Positions 1 to 9,173 of a stretch of 64,000 nucleotides of DNA are shown here, piece by piece (positions within the stretch are counted from its first letter, which is position 1; each line of letters begins with the position of its first letter). The translations under genes were made by a program, and so were the position numbers. Origin of the DNA: Candidatus Omnitrophota bacterium (GTDB lineage Bacteria; Omnitrophota; Gorgyraeia; Tantalellales; Tantalellaceae); assembly GCA_015231405.1 (NCBI GenBank), contig JADGBR010000002.1, positions 4,642-68,641 on the forward strand, written 5' to 3'. The notes under the pieces are model-generated. The model searched no databases and was not told the DNA's origin. It saw only the letters and a program-made list of their open reading frames with translations.

Positions 1-895
1 TGACAGGCTTATATCTCATTTGTGCTTCGAGGGGCACTATACCGAAATCCTCTTCCCCGGGAAAAATAAGCGCCTTACATCCCGCGTAATAATCTTCAAG
101 CTCAGCGTCATTGACCCACCCCGCGAAATGTATATTCCCCCCGGCCTTTTTTTTCAACTTCTCATACTCAGTGCCGGTCCCAACGATGACTAATTCCTTC
201 TTATTCTTATTGAAAACCTCGACGGCCAGATCCACCCTCTTGTACGGGACTAAGGCGGAAACCACGAGGTAATAAGTCGACCCTTCGGGGACCATAGACC
301 ATGGACCATGGACCATGGTATTTTGGGGATGTGGTTCACTAACGGGCGGATATATCACGGCAGCGTCCCTTCCGTAATACTCTTTTATCCGGTCCTTCAC
401 GGCGTTACTATTGGCTATGAAGTGGTCGACTCCCTCATTCGTTTTCAGGTCCCATTTTTTCATCCAGCTAACTATCCACTTGATCAGCTGCTTCTTCAGA
501 ACGTTCTCACGTGAAAAATACTCGTCAAAAAATTTCCACGCGTACCTGATAGGCGTGTGGCAATAACATATATGCAGCGCCCCTTCCTTCTTTCTCGCTC
601 CCTTAGCCGCGCAGTGGCTCGATGAGATGACCAGATCATACGCCGAAAGGTCGAAGCTTTCTATCGCCCATGGGAAAAATGGCAGAAAACTCCTGTAATT
701 CCTTTCTATGCCTGGTATTCTCATCAGTAAAGACGTTCTTATATCCATTTTTTCCATATCCGCCGCGACACTGCCCTTCTTATGGACCAGGGTGTATATT
801 GTCGATCCCGGGTACAGCTCCAAAAGAGCTTCCAGACATTTCTCCCCACCACGCATGCCGGTCAGCCAGTCATGGACGATCGCTATCTTCCTCAT
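1..895 (-). CDS. Glycosyltransferase family 4 (partial, continues beyond window start)
   Basis: Open reading frame on the minus strand from ATG at 893-895 to the window edge. The N-terminus MRKIAIVHDWLTGMRGGEKCLEAL is a classic GT4 start. The ATGA overlaps the stop of the next gene. It is missing from the ORF track only because no stop codon falls inside the window. Confidence 0.7.
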   Translation of the reverse strand, partial: MRKIAIVHDWLTGMRGGEKCLEALLELYPGSTIYTLVHKKGSVAADMEKMDIRTSLLMRIPGIERNYRSFLPFFPWAIESFDLSAYDLVISSSHCAAKGARKKEGALHICYCHTPIRYAWKFFDEYFSRENVLKKQLIKWIVSWMKKWDLKTNEGVDHFIANSNAVKDRIKEYYGRDAAVIYPPVSEPHPQNTMVHGPWSMVPEGSTYYLVVSALVPYKRVDLAVEVFNKNKKELVIVGTGTEYEKLKKKAGGNIHFAGWVNDAELEDYYAGCKALIFPGEEDFGIVPLEAQMRYKPV

Positions 896-1983
896 AACTT
901 TATCACTTCTTTATAGACGCCGAGCGTTTCAAGCGCGGTCTTTTCCCAGGAGAAACGCTTCACGTTCTCATACCCGGCATCGACCATGCCGGCCCTGAGC
1001 TGCGGGTTAATCAGTATATTATATACCGTGTCCGCTATCTTTTTCGGATCGTTGGGATCAACGTGGAACGCGGCCTTCCCGGCGACCTCCGGCAGGCTTG
1101 AAAGGTCGGAGACCACGACCGGTGTCCCGCATTTCATGGCCTCGAGCACCGTCAGCCCGAACCCCTCGTAAAGCGAAAGATGTACCAGCACCTCCGCAAT
1201 ATTATAAAGCACGACCAGGTCACTGACCGGTATTTCCCCCAGGTACAGGACACTTCTATGGTCGATGTATTTTTTCAGCCTGTCCTCCTTGTTATCCCAC
1301 CGCCCGCAGATAACGAGCTGATGCGGAATGCCCCATGCCTTCAGCTGCTGGAAGACGTCAAGGAGCTTACCCAGGTTCTTGTGAGGCTTCACCGTGCCGA
1401 CATAGAGCAGCACTTTCTCGCCGATCCTGTAACGGCACCTGACGTCGGCAAGCCTAGCCTTATCGGTAACCTTCTTAAAAACATCGTCGACAGCCTCATG
1501 TATGACGGTTATCTTGTCCGCATAGGCAGCCCCGAAGTGTTTAAGTATATCTCTCTTCGTGTAATCGGACACAGCTATTATCCTGTCGGCTCTCTTAAGC
1601 GTCGTCTCGATCATGAACCGCGCGTAATGCCTGGCAAAAGGCGACGGAAGAGACCTCGGGAAAAGAAGATAAATAAGGTCATGAATGGTAACGACCATCT
1701 TACCGCCGTAAAAAAGCGGTATGTTAAAATGTGGTACGTGCAAAAAATCTATCTTTATTTTAGGCAGGCCCATCCACAGATATTCCCACAGAGGATAGAC
1801 CGGCAGTTCCCACGGAACTATATCGACCTTTCCGGCTGCCGCGTATCTGGCAAGTTTTTCAGGATCGCCGAAAAGGGACAGTTTATGATCCTCCGGATAT
1901 TTACAAAACACACCCAGAAGCGCACTGATATAGCGCCCTATTCCCGGGTGATCTATCATTCTCGCGTCAAAGCCTATGCGCAC
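892..1983 (-). CDS. Glycosyltransferase family 4
   Basis: 363 aa. C-terminal GT4 signature LYEGFGLTVLEAMKCGTPVVVSD (EX7E-type) and a GT-B fold pattern. Confidence 0.85.
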   Translation of the reverse strand: MRIGFDARMIDHPGIGRYISALLGVFCKYPEDHKLSLFGDPEKLARYAAAGKVDIVPWELPVYPLWEYLWMGLPKIKIDFLHVPHFNIPLFYGGKMVVTIHDLIYLLFPRSLPSPFARHYARFMIETTLKRADRIIAVSDYTKRDILKHFGAAYADKITVIHEAVDDVFKKVTDKARLADVRCRYRIGEKVLLYVGTVKPHKNLGKLLDVFQQLKAWGIPHQLVICGRWDNKEDRLKKYIDHRSVLYLGEIPVSDLVVLYNIAEVLVHLSLYEGFGLTVLEAMKCGTPVVVSDLSSLPEVAGKAAFHVDPNDPKKIADTVYNILINPQLRAGMVDAGYENVKRFSWEKTALETLGVYKEVIKL

Positions 1984-2011
1984 TCTTTCTCCTCACCGTT
2001 AGGAGCTGATC

Positions 2012-2092
2012 GTAATTCGTGGTTCGTGGATCGTGATTCGCAGTTTGGTAATTAATAGATCCAACCTACAACCCCGAACCACGAATCACGAA
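2012..2092. repeat. Heptamer-periodic intergenic palindrome. Left arm ATTCGTGG TTCGTGG ATCGTGA TTCG, a loop of about 35 nt, right arm CGAACCACGAATCACGAAC.
   Basis: Read directly from the sequence. It fills the 112-bp gap between two minus-strand genes. Confidence 0.8.
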
Positions 2093-2095
2093 CTG

Positions 2096-3313
2096 TCATT
2101 CCTTCGTCAACATCGCCCTGATCCCCTCGTATATCGACGCCGCGGCGACATCGTGTCCTTTTTCCGTAAAATGGCCGTCGAAATCGTAGTAAAGGGACTT
2201 ATCTTCCGATCCGGCGAAGGACGGCCTGCCCTCCGTAGCCTCGGCGAAGGAGGGATATGTATCGATCCTCATTATCCCGTTCTCCGCTGAAAAATCGTTC
2301 AATAGCCCCAGGACGGACGGCCGGGGATATACCGTTCTTTTGAACCCGTATTCGGCGCGACCTTCTTTCCATTCATCCGCGCTGATCTCCAAAGCGTAGG
2401 GATATGTCACTATCACGAACGGTATCCCTTTCTTACGGAGCTCACGGGCCATGAGGGCTATATGTTCCCTGTTCTTCTGCCATAGCCCGGGAATAAGGTC
2501 CGCTTTCTCGGGCCTAAAAGCGACGAACTTGTCTATATCGAGACGCCTGTCATCCTTGTAAAGGTCATGCGACTTTCCGGTAATATTGTCGAGGACATAT
2601 TTTTTGAACCCGATGCCTCTTATCTTGAAAAGGAATTTATTGATGTCTTCCTCCAGATAAAGATAATAGCGCGAATGCCTGACCAGAAATTTTTCTATGG
2701 GATTATCGCTGAACGCCCTTACCCTTTTTTCGGGCGGGCAGCTTAAAGGAACGCCTGCGCCGTCGACAGTGACGGTCTTACCGTAATCGTGATCGTCATA
2801 AAGGTCCCCCGGGTCATAGGCCAGGATGACCATGTCCGGATCCATCCCCAGCCCTTTGTCCTTGAGGAACAGGTACTCGAGAAGAGGGGAATTGCTGGCT
2901 ATACCGCAATTTATCACCTCGAATGTACGTGGGCTCCGGCTTTCACCGTTCAATTTGCTTTCAAGCAGCTTTACGAAACATTTTTCGGCTTCCACCCCGT
3001 ATCCTTCAGTGAAGGAATCGCCTATGAAAAGTATCCTGTATACGCCTTCGCCCTTTTCTACCGGATATTCCCTGTCCCGAAGCCCCCCGGAGTTGATATC
3101 ATAGGAGACGTTCCACTCCCGCATCACTGACCGGCCCTTTCCGCCCGGGATGAACGAATGGTTGAGCTTCATATCGGCCCTCCGGTACGACATCTCCCTG
3201 GACTTGGCTCCAAGAAGCGCGCCGTGTTTCACCCGGGCGTATATCTCCCCGCCTGCCATAGCCAATAGGATCATATCGACGAATATCATCGAATAAAGTA
3301 TTCTCTTTTTCAT
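2096..3313 (-). CDS. Membrane-anchored SGNH/GDSL hydrolase-family protein (probable polysaccharide O-acyl esterase or transferase)
   Basis: N-terminal TM helix. Block I FIGDSFTEGYG. C-terminal DGHFTEKGH (a DGxH-type block V). Confidence 0.5.
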   Translation of the reverse strand: MKKRILYSMIFVDMILLAMAGGEIYARVKHGALLGAKSREMSYRRADMKLNHSFIPGGKGRSVMREWNVSYDINSGGLRDREYPVEKGEGVYRILFIGDSFTEGYGVEAEKCFVKLLESKLNGESRSPRTFEVINCGIASNSPLLEYLFLKDKGLGMDPDMVILAYDPGDLYDDHDYGKTVTVDGAGVPLSCPPEKRVRAFSDNPIEKFLVRHSRYYLYLEEDINKFLFKIRGIGFKKYVLDNITGKSHDLYKDDRRLDIDKFVAFRPEKADLIPGLWQKNREHIALMARELRKKGIPFVIVTYPYALEISADEWKEGRAEYGFKRTVYPRPSVLGLLNDFSAENGIMRIDTYPSFAEATEGRPSFAGSEDKSLYYDFDGHFTEKGHDVAAASIYEGIRAMLTKE

Positions 3314-4404
3314 TTTTGCCCCATAAGTTCGTCCAGGGCGGCTTCTACTTCCCCAGCGTCCAGCCCGGAAACGACCTTACCTTTTGCCGGGATAACGGCT
3401 CTTACTTTATCGCCCTTTGGAAGCCACTGCGCGGGCATGTGTGTCCCGTTCATGAGGACCACCGAAGCCGTCCCGGCGGCCCCGGCCAGATGAGCGGGAG
3501 CCGAATCTACGCCTATAAATATCCTGGCCCTCTTTAAAAGGAAATACAGGGATCCCAGCGTGGTCTTTCCTGAAATATCCATAAAAAAACCGTCAGCCGA
3601 GGTTGGCCGGAATTTCCCGGCGTCAACCTTTCCTCCTGCTATAACGGTCGGGAGGGAATAACGTTCCCACAAATACCCGATGATCCGCATGAACCCTTTA
3701 TCTTCCCACTCTTTCGACATATCACCGGGGAAAGGGTGCATGACCGCGTAATCTCCCGGCAACCCTATCTCCTTCAAGAGAAGGCCGGCCGACACCTTAT
3801 CTCCGTCAGGAAAAGACAGGTCTATTTTTGCTTCTTTAATGTCTATCCCAATTGCTTTTAACAACTCCAAATTCCTCCGTGTCTCATGCATTATCCCTTT
3901 GTATCTCACTTCAAGGTTAAGCAAAAAACCGCATCCTGTTATCCCGTAGCCAACCCGGTACTTCACTCCGCCAAGGAACATCGCTAGAATGTGCCTCGAA
4001 TCCCCCCTTAGGTCTATACAAAGATCATAACCCTCTTTCGATATAAGTTTAACGAGAGGGAGTAGACTCCTCACGTTCTTAAAGAACTTTGAACCGTTCC
4101 GGTCGAACCATGACGGCCGGAACTCGATGACCCGTGAGATATCCCGGTTGCTATTAACGACAGACGCCGCCCATACCGGAGCGAGAAAATGTATCTTCGC
4201 TTCCGGAAAATTTTTTCTCAAGGGGCCTATAACTACGGTCGAGTTCACGACGTCTCCTATATGATCAAGCCTGATGACCAGTATCTTTTTAACTCTTACG
4301 GGCTCGAACCTCGAGACTAACCGTACAGGAAAAAATATGGCTCTCCCGATAGCGTCGAATATTGTAAAGAACAAAACTAAGAAACGCTTCTTGTATACGT
4401 ACAT
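3310..4404 (-). CDS. Glycosyltransferase family 9 (ADP-heptose:LPS heptosyltransferase family)
   Basis: KKILVIRLDHIGDVV near the N-terminus and GVDSAPAHLAGAAGTASVVL near the C-terminus, both typical of RfaF/RfaC-type GT9. Confidence 0.8.
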   Translation of the reverse strand: MYVYKKRFLVLFFTIFDAIGRAIFFPVRLVSRFEPVRVKKILVIRLDHIGDVVNSTVVIGPLRKNFPEAKIHFLAPVWAASVVNSNRDISRVIEFRPSWFDRNGSKFFKNVRSLLPLVKLISKEGYDLCIDLRGDSRHILAMFLGGVKYRVGYGITGCGFLLNLEVRYKGIMHETRRNLELLKAIGIDIKEAKIDLSFPDGDKVSAGLLLKEIGLPGDYAVMHPFPGDMSKEWEDKGFMRIIGYLWERYSLPTVIAGGKVDAGKFRPTSADGFFMDISGKTTLGSLYFLLKRARIFIGVDSAPAHLAGAAGTASVVLMNGTHMPAQWLPKGDKVRAVIPAKGKVVSGLDAGEVEAALDELMGQK

Positions 4405-4423
4405 GAGAACTCCGGTGACTATT

Positions 4424-4470
4424 GGACCATAGACTATGGACCATGGTCTATGGTCTATGGTCTATGGTCC
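4424..4470. repeat. Heptamer palindrome, family A: GGACCAT AGACTAT GGACCAT | GGTCTAT GGTCTAT GGTCTAT GGTCC
   Basis: Read directly from the sequence. It covers the whole 43-bp intergenic gap and extends into the last 7 codons (TIDHRP) of the upstream GT2 gene. Confidence 0.8.
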
Positions 4471-5164
4471 TCTTACTACCCCCCGCTATCCTATATTTAA
4501 ACAGCGCCAACACCGTCGACACCCCGTCCCTCCATGTTATCTTCTTCCCTTCATCATACCCGCGACCGCGGTACGAGATAGGCACTTCACGTATCTTCAC
4601 ACCCCGGAGGAGCAGTTTCGCCGTGACCTCAGGTTCGAATTCGAACCCGTTAGACCTTATATCCATGTCCTTAAGTATATCCGTTCTCACCATTTTATAG
4701 CACGTTTCCATGTCTGTCAGGGACGCTCCAAACATGACATTCGTGAGAAAGGTCAGAAACCAGTTGACCATATAATGCGGAAGCGACGTAGCTTTCCAAG
4801 TCGAAAGGAACCGCGACCCGAATACGGCACTCGCGCCAGTCTTTACGGCGACCGAGACCAGTTTGGTTATTTCCGCGGGAGAATATTCCATATCCGCGTC
4901 CTGGACTATCACATATTCTCCCGTAGCGCGGGAAAGAGCCGTACGTATCGCCCCCCCCTTCCCCTTGTTCACCTCGTGGTAATAGACCGAAATTCCGTTC
5001 TTCCCTCCAGGGAACTTTTTGCCGAGTATTTCCCTGGTTCCGTCCGTGGATCTATCGTCGACGACTATTATCTCTTTTTCGCACGGGAGGTCGACTAGGA
5101 GCTGAAGGACGTCCCCTATTGTTTTTTCCTCGTTATATACGGGAACCAATATCGATATTTTCAT
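4448..5164 (-). CDS. Glycosyltransferase family 2
   Basis: MKISILVPVYNEEKTIGDVL...IIVVDDRSTDGT (GT2 DXD region). The start is placed at the ATG that overlaps the stop of the upstream gene (ATGA at 5161-5164). Confidence 0.8.
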   Translation of the reverse strand: MKISILVPVYNEEKTIGDVLQLLVDLPCEKEIIVVDDRSTDGTREILGKKFPGGKNGISVYYHEVNKGKGGAIRTALSRATGEYVIVQDADMEYSPAEITKLVSVAVKTGASAVFGSRFLSTWKATSLPHYMVNWFLTFLTNVMFGASLTDMETCYKMVRTDILKDMDIRSNGFEFEPEVTAKLLLRGVKIREVPISYRGRGYDEGKKITWRDGVSTVLALFKYRIAGGSKRTIDHRP

Positions 5165-6216
5165 GCAACCGCCAGTGTTTTGTAGACGTGAGCCGTTTTG
5201 AGGGCTATTTTTTCCCACGTAAGATCGCTCATGATATATTGCCGCAACAGATCTGTTTTAGGGGATCGGAACGCCGTTTCTATCTTGTCTCTGATATCGT
5301 CCGGACTATCGGGCCTTAAATATAACGCCATATCCTTAAAATATTCCCTGGTGCTTCCACCGTCCGTGACCGCCAATTTTGCCCCGGCGAGACCGGCCTC
5401 AAGAGCGGCAAGGCCAGGGGTCTCGAACCAGGCGGGAAGGACGAAAACCCCGCATGCGGCGTAAGCCGACCTTAACATACCCGACCCGTGGTCCAGACGC
5501 CCGAGGAACCGGACATTCTCCCCGGCTTCTTTCCTACACGCTTCCATGTACCACTCGTATCCGGAAACCGCCTCGCCTATGAGTACGAGCTCCCGTCCAG
5601 AACCTTTAACCGCCCTTATGAGATTCAGCTGGTTTTTCCTCGGCTCTATGCGCCCTACGGAAAGGATAAAATCACTGATACCGTAACTTTTGATGAATAT
5701 TTCCGGTTCAGCCGCGAAAAAAACTTTATCCACGCCGTTGGCGACTACCCTCATCTTATCCCTGGGTATCCCGAACAACCTGGATATCTGCGCGGCCTCG
5801 CCTTCGGAGTTCGGGATGATGACATCAGCCGTGTCGAACATTTTCTTCCGGCCGGACGGGAATACCGGACAAAGAACCTTGAGCGTATGCCGGATAACCT
5901 CTTCGGCTTTTTTAATGAACGTCCCTTCCTCGCAAAAAGCCCGCCTGTAATCGGACCAGAAAATAGACTCGAGCACGACTTTTACGCCTCTGGAACGCCC
6001 TACCCTCATTAGAGGAAGACACTCCTTGACCGCCCCGAACACATGTAGTATCGAGTAATCCTCGATCTTATCGTTCCAGGTATCGAACCGCCTCACATCG
6101 ACTCCGGCTAATTTGAGATACTTTTCGAGATTCTCCAAGAGTATCTCACCGCCGCCTTTGTTCTGGAAGGCGGAAGGGTATACGAAGAATGCGACCTTTA
6201 GCTCACCTGTAAACAT
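5161..6216 (-). CDS. Glycosyltransferase family 4
   Basis: 351 aa with a GT-B/GT4-like C-terminal domain (RFLGRLDH...GVFVLPAWFETPGLAALEAGLAGAKLAVTDGGSTREY). Confidence 0.75.
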   Translation of the reverse strand: MFTGELKVAFFVYPSAFQNKGGGEILLENLEKYLKLAGVDVRRFDTWNDKIEDYSILHVFGAVKECLPLMRVGRSRGVKVVLESIFWSDYRRAFCEEGTFIKKAEEVIRHTLKVLCPVFPSGRKKMFDTADVIIPNSEGEAAQISRLFGIPRDKMRVVANGVDKVFFAAEPEIFIKSYGISDFILSVGRIEPRKNQLNLIRAVKGSGRELVLIGEAVSGYEWYMEACRKEAGENVRFLGRLDHGSGMLRSAYAACGVFVLPAWFETPGLAALEAGLAGAKLAVTDGGSTREYFKDMALYLRPDSPDDIRDKIETAFRSPKTDLLRQYIMSDLTWEKIALKTAHVYKTLAVA

Positions 6217-6224
6217 ACGTTTCC

Positions 6225-6310
6225 GTGGGACGTGGGACGTGGGACGTGGGACATAAAACGTTAACTATGCTATAACTCGCACGTCCAACGTCCCACGTCC
6301 TACATCCTAC
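6225..6310. repeat. Heptamer palindrome: (GTGGGAC)x4, 30-nt loop, then GTCCAAC GTCCCAC GTCCTAC ATCCTAC
   Basis: Perfect 4x tandem heptamer at 6225-6252. Degenerate reverse-complement copies at 6283-6310. Confidence 0.85.
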
Positions 6311-6342
6311 GGTATAATCCACCAGTTCAATATTGCTCATTG

Positions 6343-7461
6343 CTATTTTTTCCTGCCAAACTGCCTAACAAGCACATCCAAAATCCGTTCCGCCGCGCGG
6401 CCGTCGCCGAAAGGATTTTTCCAATCCCGCTTACGGCTCAGCATCACGCGCGCGCTTTTTACTATGTTGACGGGATCTATTCCGGCTATTATGTTCGCGC
6501 CCACATCGACCGTTTCAGGCCTTTCGGTGGAATCACGGAGCGTTACGCACGGCACTAAGAGAACGCACGCCTCCTCCTGCACTCCTCCGGAATCCGTAAG
6601 TATAAGCGCCGCGTTAGCCTCGAGCGCGATGAATTCGGTGAAGGCGCATGGCTCCATAAGTTCCATCCATCCGGAAACGGATATGCCGAATTCTTCCATC
6701 TTCTTCACGGTACGCGGGTGGGCTGGGAATATGATCGGAAGCTTGTGGTCCACTCCGATCTTCTTGATCGCTTTCAATATCCCGACGAACCTTTTTTTAT
6801 CGTCGACGTTCTCCTGTCTGTGGATAGTGAGAAGAATATATCCGCCCTTATCAGGAGAGCCCGGCAAATTCCCGGACCATTCCGGCCTTTTGAAGTAAAG
6901 CGTGTCGACGAAAGTATTCCCCGTCACAAAAACCTTTTTCCTTTTCACTCCCTCCGATAAGACTATATCCCTCGATTTTACCGTCGGGACAAAAAGCAGG
7001 TCTGACAGATGATCCGCCATTATCCTGTTTATCTCTTCCGGCATGCTCCTGTCGTAGCTCCTGAGCCCGGCCTCTACGTGAGCGAGCTTGATATCGAACC
7101 CGGTGAACGCCTTTGTGGTCGATATTTTTGACGCGGTGAGAGCGCCGGCTAAAGTGGAATTCGTATCCCCGTGGACCACAACAACGCCCGGCAGCTCCTT
7201 AAGAAGTATCTGCTCGAGCCTCATCATCATCCTGCCCGTGTGATCTCCCTGCCTCCATGGGGCCTTGGACCGTATGTTCAGGTTATAGTCCGGCATCGGC
7301 AGGTCAAGCTCCCGAAAAAACCGTCTCGACATCACGGTCGAATAATGCTGGCCGGTATGGATCGTTACGAACGGTATTTTTTCCCTTACGCTCAACCTGA
7401 TGACCGAACTCAATTTAATGATCTCGGGCCTGGTCCCGAATATGAAAGCTATCTTCATCAT
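6343..7461 (-). CDS. wecB: UDP-N-acetylglucosamine 2-epimerase (non-hydrolysing)
   Basis: MKIAFIFGTRPEIIKLSSVI...HTGQHY is the canonical WecB/MnaA N-terminus. Length 372 aa. Confidence 0.85.
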   Translation of the reverse strand: MMKIAFIFGTRPEIIKLSSVIRLSVREKIPFVTIHTGQHYSTVMSRRFFRELDLPMPDYNLNIRSKAPWRQGDHTGRMMMRLEQILLKELPGVVVVHGDTNSTLAGALTASKISTTKAFTGFDIKLAHVEAGLRSYDRSMPEEINRIMADHLSDLLFVPTVKSRDIVLSEGVKRKKVFVTGNTFVDTLYFKRPEWSGNLPGSPDKGGYILLTIHRQENVDDKKRFVGILKAIKKIGVDHKLPIIFPAHPRTVKKMEEFGISVSGWMELMEPCAFTEFIALEANAALILTDSGGVQEEACVLLVPCVTLRDSTERPETVDVGANIIAGIDPVNIVKSARVMLSRKRDWKNPFGDGRAAERILDVLVRQFGRKK

Positions 7462-7464
7462 GCT

Positions 7465-8628
7465 CTAAATGAAAAACTCAAGTATATTCTCTTCCCCCGC
7501 CTTTTTGCCGATCCTTTCAAGCGATATCAACGCCTGCAGCGCGAACATCGTGCACCATGAATTAATATGATCCGTCTTTTTTCCGTCGAGCGTGTATCCG
7601 TAATAGAACCCGCCCTTTTGGTATTCGTCATCGAGGAGCTGGAACGATAGAAGACATTTTTTCGCTTTACCGAGTTTCTCCACATCGCTCTCAGCGAGAT
7701 ATCCCAGCTCACGCTGTAAAGAGCCGAGCCTGATGACCTGGGCAAGCGCGTCCGACCTGTAATAGTTGACGAATTTGTTATCAACGTATTTCTTGGGTAT
7801 CCCTCCGTCCCCGGCCTGGTTATCAAGCGCCCACCGCACCGCTTTTACCGAAGACTCTATGAGATCTTTCCTGTTGAAGCGGACCCCGGCGTAAAAAAGC
7901 CCTTCCCCCGAATACATATGAGGGTGCAAATGCGTACTCCTGTCGGTCCTCGCGGTTATGAACCTGCCGGACGGGTCCTGGAATTTCATGGCGGCCTCGG
8001 ACAATTCGATCACCGTGTCCTTATACTCCCTCGTCTTGGTCGCCTCGTATAGGTCCGTGAACCCGAGCGCCAGCTTCGCGAGATAACTGCCGCTTTGCGT
8101 TGACCATTTCCAGTTGTCGTCAATTTTCTGGTTGGTGCGGGCATTGTAGACGGCGTAAAAAAGGCCGTCGGGACGTTTCATTTTTCGGAGCAGGAACCCG
8201 GCTATTCTTTCCGAAAGCTCGAGGTATTTTTCGTCCCTGAATATCTTATAGAGATTTATGAGCCCGTAAAGCACCATGCCGTTGTCGAAAGCGTAGATGT
8301 TCTCGCTCTCGAAAGAATAATTCTCGGATTCCTTAAGCGCCTTCAGATAATATCTTGTTTTGACGCCGCCGCACGGGTGGAGAGCCTTTCTCTCCAGCCA
8401 CTGGGCCGCTTCGCGCGCCTTGTCCAGATAGTTCCCGTCGAAGAACTTATTGATGAACAAAAGGGTCGTTATCCCGTAGCCCGTGATCTCGGAATAAACG
8501 AACGAGTAATTATCGTCTTTGATATCGTACCAGGCGTTGAACCCTCCTTTTTCGGTCCCACCGGTATTCTGTATCCCCGAGGTCAATATCCAGTCCCGGG
8601 CCATCATCACTTCTTTACTGTATTCCAT
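7465..8628 (-). CDS. Hypothetical protein, likely (alpha/alpha)6-toroid fold (AGE or C5-epimerase-like superfamily)
   Basis: 387 aa, soluble, aromatic-rich repeats; C-terminal NSWCTMFALQAL. Fold assignment is only an impression. Confidence 0.3.
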   Translation of the reverse strand: MEYSKEVMMARDWILTSGIQNTGGTEKGGFNAWYDIKDDNYSFVYSEITGYGITTLLFINKFFDGNYLDKAREAAQWLERKALHPCGGVKTRYYLKALKESENYSFESENIYAFDNGMVLYGLINLYKIFRDEKYLELSERIAGFLLRKMKRPDGLFYAVYNARTNQKIDDNWKWSTQSGSYLAKLALGFTDLYEATKTREYKDTVIELSEAAMKFQDPSGRFITARTDRSTHLHPHMYSGEGLFYAGVRFNRKDLIESSVKAVRWALDNQAGDGGIPKKYVDNKFVNYYRSDALAQVIRLGSLQRELGYLAESDVEKLGKAKKCLLSFQLLDDEYQKGGFYYGYTLDGKKTDHINSWCTMFALQALISLERIGKKAGEENILEFFI

Positions 8629-9173
8629 TATCCCTCCGTGTTCTGTTTCTTTCTCCTAGCTTTCGCCGGGTTCCCATAACACACGGCGCCGGCAGGAACG
8701 TCCCTGGTCACGACCGAACCGGCTCCGATAACGGCGCCGGCCCCTATATTTACATCGGGAAGTATCGTCGAGTTGGCCCCGATGGACGCTCCCTTCCCCA
8801 CTTTCCATGATATCCCCGAAAGGTCCCGCGTCTTCCCGCTTTCGGGATATTTATCGTTCGTAAAAACGACATGCGGTCCTATGAAGACCCCGTCCTCCAC
8901 GATAAGCCCGTCGTATAAACAGCTTTTATTGTGCACGCGGACGTTATCCCCGATACGGACGTTCCTGTCCACATAGACCCCGTTCCCGATGACGCAGCCT
9001 TTCCCGATAACGGCCTTATCCATGATCTGCACGAAAGCCCAAATTACGGTACCTTCTCCTATAACAGCGCTTTCCGAGACAATAGCCGTCGGGTGCGTTC
9101 TCACTAAAGCCGTTCTTTTACCCATTCGATATTTCTCCTCAACCCTTCGTCTATGAACACTTTCGGCTCCCAT
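8628..9173 (-). CDS. Hexapeptide-repeat (left-handed beta-helix) sugar N- or O-acetyltransferase, PglD/WbbJ-like
   Basis: Repeated [LIV]G-x-x-x-x-I hexapeptides (VIGEGTVI, VIGKGCVIGNGVYV, IGANSTILPDVNIGAGAVIGAGSVV). The true start may be the internal Met at 9125. Confidence 0.8.
   Translation of the reverse strand: MGAESVHRRRVEEKYRMGKRTALVRTHPTAIVSESAVIGEGTVIWAFVQIMDKAVIGKGCVIGNGVYVDRNVRIGDNVRVHNKSCLYDGLIVEDGVFIGPHVVFTNDKYPESGKTRDLSGISWKVGKGASIGANSTILPDVNIGAGAVIGAGSVVTRDVPAGAVCYGNPAKARRKKQNTEG

Noticed and set aside
1180-2055. Long plus-strand ORFs (e.g. 1180-2055, 57632-58378, 60183-60866, 5488-6012) listed in the six-frame track
   Set aside because: They lie antisense to strongly supported minus-strand genes with clear family motifs. 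Their products have low-complexity, Arg/Pro/Ser-rich composition typical of shadow ORFs.
6225-6310. Heptamer tandem repeats as a CRISPR array or as tandem-repeat protein-coding sequence
   Set aside because: The units are 7 nt with no spacers, and they are arranged as palindromic arms. No cas genes are present. This is not CRISPR.
6311-6318. TATAAT hexamer immediately after the GTGGGAC palindrome
   Set aside because: It is on the plus strand whereas all flanking genes are minus-strand. No -35 partner is present. It is probably a chance match.
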